Source: Obrimoposthia wandeli
Taxonomy: Eukaryota
DNA: 64,000 nucleotides
Direction: 5' to 3'
NCBI GenBank assembly: GCA_977020255.1
Contig: CDROCS010000506.1
Span: 1,984,001 to 2,048,000, forward strand
The position numbers and the translations under genes are program-made. Below, in pieces: positions 1 to 9,946 of this stretch (position 1 is its first letter; every line of letters starts with the position of its first letter). The notes under the pieces were generated by a model. It searched no databases. It saw nothing but the letters and a program-made list of their open reading frames with translations, and was not told the DNA's origin.

Positions 1-1148
1 TAAGCCACTTAACACCATCTAACTGCCACGAGTTATTATTTGATGATGTGCTAGCAGTAGAACGAGCAGGTAAAGAGCACGATGTGTTTACCAAAACATT
101 GCGTGATCAAGGTGTAGAAGTGTTACTTCTCACTGACCTTCTTGCTGATACATTAGCAATCCCTGAAGCTAAAGAGTGGTTGTTAACAAGTCAAATATCG
201 AATTACCGCTTAGGCGCGACATTTGCTAATGACGTACGCTGTTACCTCGCTGATTTACCAAATATCGACCTTGCTAAAATCTTAACTGGTGGTCTGTCTT
301 ACGCTGAAATGCCAATGAAATCATCTTCAATGATGCAAAGCATGCACGCACCAACAGATTTCATTATTGAACCACTACCAAATCACTTATTTACTCGCGA
401 TACGTCTTGCTGGGTATATGGCGGTGTTTCTATTAACCCTATGGCTAAAGCGGCTCGCCAACGTGAAACTAATCACGTTCGTGCAATCTATCACTGGCAC
501 CCAATCTTCGCTGGCGCAGATTTCGTTAAGTACTACGGTCATGAAGAAAAAATGTATGACAACTCAACAATCGAAGGCGGTGACGTTCTGGTTATTGGTA
601 AAGGTTCAGTCCTTATTGGTATGTCTGAGCGTACAACCCCACAAGGTGTTGAGCAACTAGCATCTGGCCTATTCAAAAGCGGTCAAGCAAAACAAATTAT
701 TGCAATGCAGCTCCCTAAACACCGCTCTTGCATGCACTTAGATACAGTAATGACGCACCTGCGTGAAGATACATTCTCAGTTTACCCTGAAGTTGTAAGT
801 AAAGACGTACAGTGCTGGAGCCTAACAGGTGATGAATCAGGCGCAGTTAACGTGAAAGAAGAAGGTTACTTCGTTACCGCTATCGAAAAAGCACTCGGTG
901 TAGGACAACTAAACCTAATCACCACTGGTGGTGACAGTTTCACAGCAGAACGTGAGCAGTGGAATGATGCTAACAACGTATTAACGGTAAAACCTGGTGT
1001 CGTCATTGGTTATGAAGGTAACTCTCACACTAACGAAAAATACGATAAAGCAGGCATCACAGTTCTACCAATTCCAGGTGATGAACTAGGCCGAGGACGC
1101 GGTGGCGCTCGCTGCATGAGTTGCCCAATTGAACGTGACGGTATCTAA
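1..1148 (+). CDS. arcA: Arginine deiminase, 5'-truncated by the window edge
   Basis: Frame is open from base 3 ([15 protein letters not shown]...). ADI motifs FTRD, EGGD, MHLDT and the C-terminal catalytic GGARCMSCP are present. Confidence 0.97.
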   Translation, partial: SHLTPSNCHELLFDDVLAVERAGKEHDVFTKTLRDQGVEVLLLTDLLADTLAIPEAKEWLLTSQISNYRLGATFANDVRCYLADLPNIDLAKILTGGLSYAEMPMKSSSMMQSMHAPTDFIIEPLPNHLFTRDTSCWVYGGVSINPMAKAARQRETNHVRAIYHWHPIFAGADFVKYYGHEEKMYDNSTIEGGDVLVIGKGSVLIGMSERTTPQGVEQLASGLFKSGQAKQIIAMQLPKHRSCMHLDTVMTHLREDTFSVYPEVVSKDVQCWSLTGDESGAVNVKEEGYFVTAIEKALGVGQLNLITTGGDSFTAEREQWNDANNVLTVKPGVVIGYEGNSHTNEKYDKAGITVLPIPGDELGRGRGGARCMSCPIERDGI

Positions 1149-1175
1149 CAATTTAATTCACTGAGATAAATCATT

Positions 1176-2087
1176 ATGACTAAAAAAACTGTTGTTGTGG
1201 CATTAGGTGGGAACGCTCTATTACGTCGTGGCGAGCCATTAGAAGCTGAAATTCAACGTCAAAACATCGCGACGGCTGCCAAAGCCATTGCTGAAATAGC
1301 CAAAGAATATAATGTAGTACTCGTGCATGGTAACGGCCCTCAAGTTGGTTTACTAGCACTACAAGGATTGGAATACAAAGCTGTGAGCCCTTATCCACTT
1401 GATGTTTTAGGCTCTGAAACGCAAGGAATGATTGGTTACATTTTAATGCAAGAACTTAAAAACATACTGCCTGAACAGAATGTATCTTGCTTACTAACGC
1501 AGATGAGTGTTGATCCCAATGATCCTGCATTTGCAGACCCAACAAAACCAATTGGTCCCGTTTATGCCGAAAAAGAAGCGCGTGAATTAGCCGAAAAACA
1601 CAACTGGATTATCAAACCTGACGGCGAATATTTCCGCCGTGTAGTACCGAGCCCACAACCAACTGGCATTATTGAAAATGACGCGATTGCAGCCTTAATT
1701 CAACAGCAGCATTTGGTCATCTGTACTGGCGGCGGCGGTATTCCAGTAAGAAGTGAGAATGGCAAATTAATCGGTGTAGAAGCCGTTATCGATAAGGATA
1801 TGTCAGCTGCTTATCTCGCCAAACAACTTCAAGCAGATGCGTTATTGATTTTAACAGATGCGGACGCTGTATTTATCAATTGGGGAAAACCAACCCAAAC
1901 AGCACTACGCGCAACAACCCCCTTTGAGCTAGCACAACATAGTTTCGATGCAGGCTCTATGGGACCAAAAATTGAGGCCTCTTGTGAGTTCATTAAACAA
2001 GGTGGCAAGTTTGTCGGGATCGGTGCTTTAGATGCGGGATTACGTATCTTAAAAGGCGAAGCTGGTACCAACATTACTGCAGATTAA
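1176..2087 (+). CDS. arcC: Carbamate kinase
   Basis: VVALGGNAL, HGNGPQVG, GVEAVIDKD and GSMGPK motifs; follows arcA. Confidence 0.97.
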   Translation: MTKKTVVVALGGNALLRRGEPLEAEIQRQNIATAAKAIAEIAKEYNVVLVHGNGPQVGLLALQGLEYKAVSPYPLDVLGSETQGMIGYILMQELKNILPEQNVSCLLTQMSVDPNDPAFADPTKPIGPVYAEKEARELAEKHNWIIKPDGEYFRRVVPSPQPTGIIENDAIAALIQQQHLVICTGGGGIPVRSENGKLIGVEAVIDKDMSAAYLAKQLQADALLILTDADAVFINWGKPTQTALRATTPFELAQHSFDAGSMGPKIEASCEFIKQGGKFVGIGALDAGLRILKGEAGTNITAD

Positions 2088-2113
2088 TTCGTATTAATAT
2101 ATCAAGAATATTC

Positions 2114-2141
2114 GCGGCTACGCAGCCTACGCAGTAGCCGC
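2114..2141 (+). other. GC-rich intercistronic hairpin between arcC and arcB (possible mRNA stabiliser)
   Basis: GCGGCTAC...GTAGCCGC 8-bp inverted repeat with no U-tract. Confidence 0.5.
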
Positions 2142-2168
2142 CAACCTAATTATAAAAAGGATCACATT

Positions 2169-3173
2169 ATGTCTTTCAATCTACGTAACCGTAACTTCTT
2201 AAAATTACTTGATTTCACTCCACGCGAAATCCAACACATGCTTGAATTATCTGCAGAATTGAAAAAAGCGAAATATAACGGTTATGAACAACCGCGCTTA
2301 ACAGGCAAAAACATTGCCCTTATTTTCGAAAAAAGTTCAACGCGTACACGCTGTGCTTTCGAAGTTGCCGCACACGATCAAGGCGCTCAAGTAACTTATC
2401 TCGGTCCTTCAGGTTCACAAATCGGTCATAAAGAATCAATGAAAGATACCGCTCGTGTTTTAGGCCGTATGTACGATGGCATTGAATACCGTGGTTTTGG
2501 TCAAGAAATCGTTGAAGAACTTGGCGCTCACGCTGGCGTACCGGTATGGAATGGCTTAACAACTGAATTCCATCCGACTCAAATTCTAGCTGATTTCTTA
2601 ACAATGCAAGAGCACGCTCTAGGTAAACAGTTACATGAAATTGCTTTCGCTTACCTCGGCGATGCGCAAAATAACATGGGTAATTCATTATTAGTCGGCG
2701 CAGCTAAAATGGGCATGGATATTCGTCTTGTGGCTCCAGCAGCTTTTTGGCCAAATGCAGAACTTGTCGCACAATGTCGTGAAATTGCAGCAGAAACAGG
2801 CGCTAAAATCACCTTAACTGAAGATGTTCAAGAAGGCGTGCAAGGTTGTGATTTCCTTTATACCGATGTTTGGGTATCAATGGGTGAATCAAAAGATGCT
2901 TGGGATGAACGCGTAAAAATGATGACCCCTTACCAAATCAACATGGATATGATCAAGAAAACGGGCAACCCGCATGTGAAATTTATGCATTGCTTACCAG
3001 CCTTCCACAATGATGAAACCACCGTCGGTGCAGAAGTAGCAGAGAAATATAATATGAAAGGACTAGAGGTAACTGAAGAAGTTTTCGAATCTCACCACTC
3101 TATTGTTTTTGATGAAGCTGAAAACCGTATGCATACCATCAAGGCAATTATGGTCGCAACATTAGGTCAATAA
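2169..3173 (+). CDS. arcB: Ornithine carbamoyltransferase (catabolic by context)
   Basis: SSTRTR carbamoyl-phosphate motif, HPTQ, FMHCLP; lies in the arc operon. Confidence 0.95.
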   Translation: MSFNLRNRNFLKLLDFTPREIQHMLELSAELKKAKYNGYEQPRLTGKNIALIFEKSSTRTRCAFEVAAHDQGAQVTYLGPSGSQIGHKESMKDTARVLGRMYDGIEYRGFGQEIVEELGAHAGVPVWNGLTTEFHPTQILADFLTMQEHALGKQLHEIAFAYLGDAQNNMGNSLLVGAAKMGMDIRLVAPAAFWPNAELVAQCREIAAETGAKITLTEDVQEGVQGCDFLYTDVWVSMGESKDAWDERVKMMTPYQINMDMIKKTGNPHVKFMHCLPAFHNDETTVGAEVAEKYNMKGLEVTEEVFESHHSIVFDEAENRMHTIKAIMVATLGQ

Positions 3174-3180
3174 TGTTGAT

Positions 3181-3241
3181 TAATTAAGGCTTAAAAACAA
3201 AAGTATGCATGTAAGTCCATGCATACTTTTAGCCTTAATTA
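3181..3241 (+). terminator. Long hairpin after arcB
   Basis: TAATTAAGGCT..AAAAGTATGCATG / CATGCATACTTTT AGCCTTAATTA nested inverted repeat. Confidence 0.6.
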
Positions 3242-3300
3242 TCACACTGACTTTTAATAACTAATTGGCATAATGCCGTTAATATTTTAGGAAGCAAAAA

Positions 3301-3375
3301 ATGACCTTATCGTTCAGCAAGCTTTATCTCTCGAATCAGCATCAATCACGATTGGTCTCATTATCCAATTGCTAA
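3301..3375 (+). CDS. pyrL: pyrBI leader peptide, 24 aa (MTLSFSKLYLSNQHQSRLVSLSNC)
   Basis: AGGAAG SD upstream of the ATG, pyrimidine-rich, stop codon abuts an intrinsic terminator upstream of pyrB. Missing from the ORF track. Confidence 0.75.
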   Translation: MTLSFSKLYLSNQHQSRLVSLSNC

Positions 3376-3408
3376 AAAAAGTCTTCTATTCTAAGAGGAC
3401 TTTTTTTT
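3374..3408 (+). terminator. pyrBI attenuator terminator
   Basis: A7-GTCTTCT-loop-AGAGGAC-T8, directly after the leader stop and 64 nt before pyrB. Confidence 0.85.
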
Positions 3409-3472
3409 ACCTGTTTTTTACGAAAATAGGTGATGACATTTATAACTGTATCGAAATAAGGCAGGAAATAGC

Positions 3473-4402
3473 ATGAATAATACTTTGTTTAGAAGGCACA
3501 TAATTTCCATTCCAGAGCTAAGTCGAAATGACCTAGAGCTTATTGTGGATACTGCGGGGAAATTAAAAGCAGATCCTAATCCAACGCTACTGAAGAATAA
3601 AGTTATCGCGAGTTGCTTTTTTGAACCGTCAACACGAACGCGTTTATCATTTGAAACCGCCGTACAACGGTTAGGTGGTACAGTTGTTGGTTTTGACAAC
3701 GCTGGCAATACCTCATTAGCCAAGAAAGGCGAAACATTAGCTGACTCAGTACAGGTTATCGCATCCTATGTGGACGCCTTTATCATGCGCCATCCACAAG
3801 AAGGTGCTGCCCGCTTAGCATCTGAGTTTTCTAATAACGCCCCAGTGATTAATGGTGGTGACGGGTCTAACCAGCATCCAACCCAAACTTTGCTCGACTT
3901 ATTCAGTATCTATGAAACACAAGGCACCCTAGATAACCTCAATATAGCCTTTGTTGGTGATCTAAAATACGGCAGAACCGTGCACTCACTTACTCAAGCG
4001 CTGGCGAAATTTAATAACACTAAACTGTTCTTTATCTCACCCGATATTTTAGCCATGCCTGATTATATGTTACAAGAATTACGCGATGCTGGTATCGAGT
4101 ACAGCTTGCATAGCGACATTGAAGATGTGGTCGATGATCTTGATGTGCTGTATATGACTCGAGTGCAAAAAGAGCGCTTTGACGAATCAGAATATGCACA
4201 CATGAAAGCAGCCTTCATCCTTACTGCCGATATGTTAAAGAATGCCCGAGATAACCTAAAAGTGCTGCATCCTTTACCACGCATTGACGAGATCACCGTC
4301 GACGTAGACAAAACCAAACACGCTTACTACTTTCAGCAAGCTGAAAATGGTGTTTATGCTCGTGAAGCACTACTTGCTCTTGTCCTTAACGAACAGTTTT
4401 AA
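3473..4402 (+). CDS. pyrB: Aspartate carbamoyltransferase catalytic subunit
   Basis: [26 protein letters not shown] motifs. Confidence 0.98.
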   Translation: MNNTLFRRHIISIPELSRNDLELIVDTAGKLKADPNPTLLKNKVIASCFFEPSTRTRLSFETAVQRLGGTVVGFDNAGNTSLAKKGETLADSVQVIASYVDAFIMRHPQEGAARLASEFSNNAPVINGGDGSNQHPTQTLLDLFSIYETQGTLDNLNIAFVGDLKYGRTVHSLTQALAKFNNTKLFFISPDILAMPDYMLQELRDAGIEYSLHSDIEDVVDDLDVLYMTRVQKERFDESEYAHMKAAFILTADMLKNARDNLKVLHPLPRIDEITVDVDKTKHAYYFQQAENGVYAREALLALVLNEQF

Positions 4403-4417
4403 TAGGGAGATAACCAG

Positions 4418-4882
4418 ATGATTAAAGAACACCAGTTACAAGTTGAAGCGATTAAAAATGGCTCTGTCATTGACCATATCCCGGCTAATTTAGGTATCAA
4501 AATATTAAAACTATTTAACCTAGAAGATTCCAATCAAAGGGTTACAGTTGGCCTAAACTTGCCATCATCAGAACTTGGCCATAAAGATTTAATTAAGATA
4601 GAAAATGTATTTCTCAATGAAGATCAAGCCAATCAGTTAGCTTTATACGCTCCCCATGCGACAGTAAACCAAATAGAAAACTATGAGGTTTCAAAAAAAT
4701 TAAAACTCACATTACCGCAGAAAGTGACTGCTGTTTTTGCTTGTCCAAACAGTAATTGCATTACCCATAATGAACCTGTGAATAGTAGCTTTGCAGTGGT
4801 AGCACGTAATGAGATCGTACAGCTGAAATGTAAATATTGTGAGAAATCATTCTCACGTGAAATCATGACTGAATGTAACTAG
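4418..4882 (+). CDS. pyrI: Aspartate carbamoyltransferase regulatory subunit
   Basis: [13 protein letters not shown]; zinc-binding CPNSNC and CKYC. Confidence 0.97.
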   Translation: MIKEHQLQVEAIKNGSVIDHIPANLGIKILKLFNLEDSNQRVTVGLNLPSSELGHKDLIKIENVFLNEDQANQLALYAPHATVNQIENYEVSKKLKLTLPQKVTAVFACPNSNCITHNEPVNSSFAVVARNEIVQLKCKYCEKSFSREIMTECN

Positions 4883-5057
4883 TACGTATCGTTGATAATC
4901 CTGTAATAATAGTGTTTACGGGGTTATCAACTACATAAAAAGTCATACACACCACATAAAACCAATTATTTAATAGACTTAGCTTGAAAAAAGCTATCTA
5001 ATTATAGGTAATTACGTATGACCTACCACGTACAGAAACGAGTCCATCGAGGTATGC

Positions 5058-5552
5058 ATGAATAATATAGAACAATCTACCGCCTATAATGACAACATAA
5101 CCGATGCATGTAAAAACCTGCTAAAAATAGAACGCCTTCATACTCAAGATGATATTCGCCAACGGTTAATTAAGCTTGGCTACAATAATATTAATCAATC
5201 GACAGTGTCTAGAATGTTGTCCCGCTTAAATGTCATAAAAGTAACTGATGCTTACGGTAAAAAGATATATCAATTACCCACCGAAGGTAAGTCGCAACAT
5301 TCCGATGTATCAGTATCAACCAAAATTGAATTTATCACTCACAACCAGTTAGTGGTCGTCATAAAAACGCCCCCTGGTTGTGCGCAACTCATTGCTCGAT
5401 TACTTGACTTGAATCCACACCCCGAAATATTAGGCGCTGTTGCAGGTAATGATATGGTGATGGTGGCACCTAAAAGCATCAATCGAATCGAAGATTGTGA
5501 GTCTGTAGTTAGATTGCTACTCGGCCAACCAAATACTGAATCAATAAACTAA
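5058..5552 (+). CDS. argR: ArgR-family arginine repressor (arc-cluster paralog)
   Basis: TQDDIR..L...G, QSTVSR recognition helix, TPPGCAQLIARLLD and AGND motifs. Confidence 0.88.
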   Translation: MNNIEQSTAYNDNITDACKNLLKIERLHTQDDIRQRLIKLGYNNINQSTVSRMLSRLNVIKVTDAYGKKIYQLPTEGKSQHSDVSVSTKIEFITHNQLVVVIKTPPGCAQLIARLLDLNPHPEILGAVAGNDMVMVAPKSINRIEDCESVVRLLLGQPNTESIN

Positions 5553-5651
5553 TTATCCTTATTTATTAGATTATTCAATCACTAGAGTAATCTAATAGAT
5601 CTTTCTAAAAATTGTATTTAGACTAATCATTTAGCTGAACGGATTTACGCT

Positions 5652-6401
5652 ATGTTTAATCTACTGACTTCTGCACTGGCTTCACAAACGCGCTTATGGG
5701 CTGGTACCAAAGCAGCCAAAACAACGATTAATGAGCAAGATCCGTTAATCATGTATGACAACGAAGCCGACCCTCTGTGTCGCTTAGTACGTGAAGCAAT
5801 TTCAGAATTGAACTTGGACGTGCTTATCATTCCTTGTCCAAAAGGCGGCGAGCGCCACAAGCAACAACTGCAAGAAATGTATAGCACAGATAAAATTCCA
5901 TTCTTGATTGATAAAAATACCCAGACAATCCTCAATTCTGCGTCTGAAATCATCACCTATTTATACAAACATTATGGCAATTGCAGCGCGCCAATCCGAT
6001 TACGTGCCAATCTATTTAACTATGCCAGCTCAACAACAGCTTCGTTAATCCGCTTTAATGCTGGTAAGACAAAAACGCCAGCAATCGAACCAACTGACCC
6101 GCTGGTTTTATATAGCTTTGAAAGTAGCCCTTATTCACGTCCAGTACGTGAAACCTTATGCGAATTAGAACTGCCGTATTTATTGGTTAATTTAGGTAAG
6201 CAGCGATTTGGTGAACTTGGCCCTGCAACAAGACGCTTAAGCCCAGGTGAATACAGCCCGTTACCTGAAACTAAGCGCAGTGCATTCTTGGCTGAACACG
6301 GCACAGTACAAGTTCCTTTCTTAAAAGATCCGAATACAGACGTCGATATGTTTGAGTCAAAAGCTATCGTAAAATATCTCATTACGACTTACGCCATTTA
6401 A
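5652..6401 (+). CDS. Protein with two tandem glutathione S-transferase N-terminal (thioredoxin-fold) domains
   Basis: Repeated units L..Y....P.(C/S)R.VRE...EL.L ... (IP/VP)FL.D.NT; no GST C-terminal domain. Confidence 0.8.
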   Translation: MFNLLTSALASQTRLWAGTKAAKTTINEQDPLIMYDNEADPLCRLVREAISELNLDVLIIPCPKGGERHKQQLQEMYSTDKIPFLIDKNTQTILNSASEIITYLYKHYGNCSAPIRLRANLFNYASSTTASLIRFNAGKTKTPAIEPTDPLVLYSFESSPYSRPVRETLCELELPYLLVNLGKQRFGELGPATRRLSPGEYSPLPETKRSAFLAEHGTVQVPFLKDPNTDVDMFESKAIVKYLITTYAI

Positions 6402-6414
6402 GTTTATCCAGACC

Positions 6415-6456
6415 AGGCGTAAGCATGTATAGCAATTGATATGCATGCTTACACCT
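6415..6456 (+). terminator. 16-bp imperfect hairpin after the 2xGST-N gene
   Basis: AGGCGTAAGCATGTAT / ATGCATGCTTACACCT with a 10-nt loop. Confidence 0.5.
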
Positions 6457-6477
6457 CCTATTAATAGCAGCTCAGAC

Positions 6478-6513
<36 letters not shown>
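6478..6513. repeat. Perfect tetranucleotide microsatellite (ATAG)9
   Basis: Read directly: 36 bp of ATAG units, intergenic. Confidence 0.97.
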
Positions 6514-6882
6514 TTCCCCGTTTTAAATCCAACACATCCTCGCCATTATCAATATTAAATACCGTTTTAGCCGCACCTGTAAGTTAGATTCAAGCCCTCC
6601 CCCCAAAAATAATATCCCGCGTAAAAAGATGATCCAGTTAGCAAATTATAACAAACAAAAAGAGACTACTTTATGTATACATACGCAGTTAACCTGCATA
6701 ATATTTAGCAATTTAAGTTATTAACCTAAGCATAACAAAATTGTAAAAAATCAAATTTAATAGAATCAATAATTTAAATAACAATGCCGTATTTACACTG
6801 TTATAAGGCCATAATAAAAACATTAGCACGCATAATAAAACAGTTTTAAATCAACCAGATACAAACAAAACAATAATCAACT

Positions 6883-6924
6883 TGTGATTAAGTTCAAAGA
6901 TTGTTCATTCCTATTACGTATACT
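6883..6924 (+). promoter_or_regulatory. CRP-like site plus -10 box (class II geometry) for the 3x Rid gene
   Basis: TGTGA-TTAAGT-TCAAA at 6883-6898 (1 mismatch to TGTGA-N6-TCACA). TATACT at 6919-6924 would centre the site near -41.5. Confidence 0.6.
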
Positions 6925-6973
6925 CGAGCCAACAACATCGAACTATAATCATATCAAATAGGATAAATATCAT

Positions 6974-8212
6974 ATGAATAACGTCATCATCAAAGCGTCA
7001 AGAAACACTGAAACTGCACCTCAAAATACAGCATCAACACAAACGGTCGCTTTTTCTCATTACAATAATATTTCAGCGCAATTACCAGTAGACCCAAGCA
7101 CTGGTGAAATTGTAGTGGGTAATATAAAAGATCAGGTAAAGCAGTGCTTAACGAATATTAAAGCGATTATAGAAAGTACTGATCATGTGATGGATGACGT
7201 AATTAAACTCACAGTCTTCCTGAAGAACATCTCAGATATGGACGCTGTAGACGAAGTCTATGCGACATTCTTCCAAAGCTACCTGCCGACACGGACGACT
7301 CTTGCTGTTGCAGCGTTGCCGATGAATGATGCTTTAGTACAAATTGAAGCGCTGATTTCCAACGGTGAAGGTACTGCGCCACAAGCTCCTTGCGCGCTGA
7401 TTAAACTAGCAAGAAATACTGCAAATGCACCGATAAGTCCGACCTCGACACAAACGGTCGCTTTTTCGCATTACAACAATATTTCATCACAATTACCTAT
7501 CGATGCAAAAACCGGTGAATTAGTCGCAGGTGGTATAACAGAGCAAGCAACGCAGTGTTTAAGCAACATAAAAGCCATTTTAGAAAGCATCAACCATGAA
7601 ATGAACGATATTGTTAAAACCACAATATTCCTTAAAAACATCGCCGATGTTGAAGCAGTCAACGCTGTTTGTGCGACGTTTTTTCCAAGCTATGTTCCTG
7701 CACGCTCAATCGTTAATGCTACCGACTTACCGATGGACGCTTTAATACAAATTGATACTTCGGTATCACACGGCGATGGCACCCCACCACAACTTCCTGA
7801 AGACACACGATTACTCGTTATAGAAGCAAGCAACACTGAAAATGCACCAACAATGTCCTGTTCACACACAGTCGCGTTTTCTCATTACAACCATGTTGCA
7901 GGTCAATTACCTTTAGATCCAAAAACCAATGTAATAGTCACGGGTGATGTGAAAGCACAGACAACACAATGTTTAATCAACATTAAAGCAATTCTAGAAA
8001 GTATTGACCACGTTATGGATGATGTCGTTAAAGTGAATATCCAAGTTAAAGATATCGCCGATATTGATGCTGTAAATGAAATTTACAACACCTTCTTTAA
8101 TAGCGACCTTCCAGCAAGAACAATCATTGGTGTTGCCGCGATCCCGATGGATGCTTTGGTACAAATTGATGTCGTTGTTTCTAACGCTGAAAGTACACCG
8201 CCACAGGCATAA
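6974..8212 (+). CDS. Single-chain protein of three tandem Rid (YjgF/YER057c/UK114) domains
   Basis: Three ~137-aa repeats (AFSHY at residues 26, 163, 301), each with (SA/SS/AG)QLP, K..(V/I)..K and P(T/A)R(T/S) motifs. Confidence 0.92.
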   Translation: MNNVIIKASRNTETAPQNTASTQTVAFSHYNNISAQLPVDPSTGEIVVGNIKDQVKQCLTNIKAIIESTDHVMDDVIKLTVFLKNISDMDAVDEVYATFFQSYLPTRTTLAVAALPMNDALVQIEALISNGEGTAPQAPCALIKLARNTANAPISPTSTQTVAFSHYNNISSQLPIDAKTGELVAGGITEQATQCLSNIKAILESINHEMNDIVKTTIFLKNIADVEAVNAVCATFFPSYVPARSIVNATDLPMDALIQIDTSVSHGDGTPPQLPEDTRLLVIEASNTENAPTMSCSHTVAFSHYNHVAGQLPLDPKTNVIVTGDVKAQTTQCLINIKAILESIDHVMDDVVKVNIQVKDIADIDAVNEIYNTFFNSDLPARTIIGVAAIPMDALVQIDVVVSNAESTPPQA

Positions 8213-8268
8213 CAGGCATTAATTTCTGCTGAGTAATTATTTAATTTCAAAGGCTTAACCTTCGATAC

Positions 8269-8303
8269 TTTTACATACGTAACCTTGGTTACGTTATGTA
8301 AAA
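8269..8303 (+). terminator. Hairpin downstream of the 3x Rid gene
   Basis: TTTTACATACGTAACC / GGTTACGTTATGTAAAA near-perfect inverted repeat. Confidence 0.5.
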
Positions 8304-8333
8304 TCAATAAGTAAGCTGCTGAAAATAAAGCAC

Positions 8334-8371
8334 AAAAAAGCCCGCTAAACATCGTCATGTTTAGCGGGCTT
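8334..8371 (-). terminator. Intrinsic terminator of ilvC
   Basis: 15-bp perfect stem AAGCCCGCTAAACAT/ATGTTTAGCGGGCTT with a U-tract on the minus strand. Confidence 0.85.
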
Positions 8372-8403
8372 GATTAACTACACCTTGATGGTTACATCAG
8401 GTA

Positions 8404-9879
8404 TTAGCCAACGATTTTTTTCATGTCTGACATGTAGCCACGAAGTTTCTTACCGATAACTTCTACAGGGTGATTACGAATTTCTTCGTTCACGTCGATT
8501 AGACGTGCATTATCAACACTGTTAGATTCAGCAGTGAATGCAGAACCCATCAATTCAGTTGGTAGCGCATTTACGTAGTCACGTAGTTGTGGACCCGCTT
8601 CATGAGCAAATAAGTAACAACCGTATTCAGCTGTATCAGAGATAACAACGTTCATTTCATATAAACGCTTACGTGCAATCGTGTTCGCGATTAACGGCGT
8701 TTCATGTAGTGACTCGTAGTATGCAGACTCATCAACGATACCTGAAGCAACCATGCTTTCGAATGCTAGTTCAACACCCGTTTTAATCATAGCTACGAAT
8801 AACGTACCGTTGTCGAAGAATTCTTGTTCGTCAATAACGATGTCTGATTCTGGGTAGTTCTCGAATGCAGTTTCGCCAGTCTCTTTACGCCATTTAAGCA
8901 GGTTAACGTCATCGTTTGACCAGTCAGCCATCATCGTTGATGAGAAGTGACCAGTGATAATGTCATCCATGTGCTTTTCGAATAATGGGCGAAGCGTCGT
9001 TTTCATTTCTTCAGCCATTTCGAAGGCTTTAATTTTAGCAGGGTTAGATAGACGATCCATCATGTTAGTGATGCCGCCATACTTAAGTGCTTCAGTGATT
9101 GTTTCCCAACCGAACTGAATCAATTTACCTGCGTATGCTGGTGACTTACCGTCAGCAACCATTTTATCAAATGCTAGGATTGCGCCTGTTTGTAACATAC
9201 CGCAAAGGATAGTTTGCTCACCCATAAGGTCAGATTTAACTTCAGCAACAAACGAAGACTCAAGAACACCAGCGCGATCGCCACCTGTAGCCGATGCGTA
9301 TGCTTTAGCAATCGCAAGACCGTCACCTTTTGGATCATTTTCAGGGTGAACAGCGATAAGTGTTGGAACACCGAAACCACGTTTGTATTCTTCACGTACT
9401 TCAGAACCAGGACACTTAGGTGCAACCATAACTACTGTAATATCTTTACGAACTTGCATGCCTTCTTCAACGATGTTGAAACCGTGAGAATAAGCTAGCG
9501 TTGAATCTTGTTTCATCAACGGCATGATCGTTTCAACAACATTTGAATGCTGTTTATCAGGAGTAAGGTTTAATACTAGATCCGCTTGTGGGATTAAGTT
9601 TTCGTATGTATCTACAACGAAACCATTTTCTGATGCATTAAGGAAAGATTGACGTTTTTCAGCAATTGCCGCGCCACGTAATGCATAAGAAATATTAAGA
9701 CCAGAGTCACGCATGTTTAGGCCTTGGTTAAGACCTTGCGCGCCACAACCGACTACTACTATGTTCCAATCTTTAATGAAGTTACAACCGTCAGTAAATT
9801 CACTGCGATCCATAAAACGACATTTGCCAAGTTGTTCTAACTGTTGGCGTAAGTTTAAAGTGTTAAAATAGTTAGCCAT
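8404..9879 (-). CDS. ilvC: Ketol-acid reductoisomerase (long, class II)
   Basis: [14 protein letters not shown] start, [18 protein letters not shown]; GGAGAG SD before the second Met. Confidence 0.98.
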   Translation of the reverse strand: MANYFNTLNLRQQLEQLGKCRFMDRSEFTDGCNFIKDWNIVVVGCGAQGLNQGLNMRDSGLNISYALRGAAIAEKRQSFLNASENGFVVDTYENLIPQADLVLNLTPDKQHSNVVETIMPLMKQDSTLAYSHGFNIVEEGMQVRKDITVVMVAPKCPGSEVREEYKRGFGVPTLIAVHPENDPKGDGLAIAKAYASATGGDRAGVLESSFVAEVKSDLMGEQTILCGMLQTGAILAFDKMVADGKSPAYAGKLIQFGWETITEALKYGGITNMMDRLSNPAKIKAFEMAEEMKTTLRPLFEKHMDDIITGHFSSTMMADWSNDDVNLLKWRKETGETAFENYPESDIVIDEQEFFDNGTLFVAMIKTGVELAFESMVASGIVDESAYYESLHETPLIANTIARKRLYEMNVVISDTAEYGCYLFAHEAGPQLRDYVNALPTELMGSAFTAESNSVDNARLIDVNEEIRNHPVEVIGKKLRGYMSDMKKIVG

Positions 9880-9946
9880 GCTGCTCTCCATGAGAATTTA
9901 ATAATTTAAATGTGCCATCACTACTCCAGTGATGCGCTATGTATTC

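Noticed and set aside
3199-3230. TATGCAT...ATGCATA as an ARG box
   Set aside because: Spacing between half-sites is too long for an 18-bp ARG box; it fits better as part of the arcB 3' hairpin.
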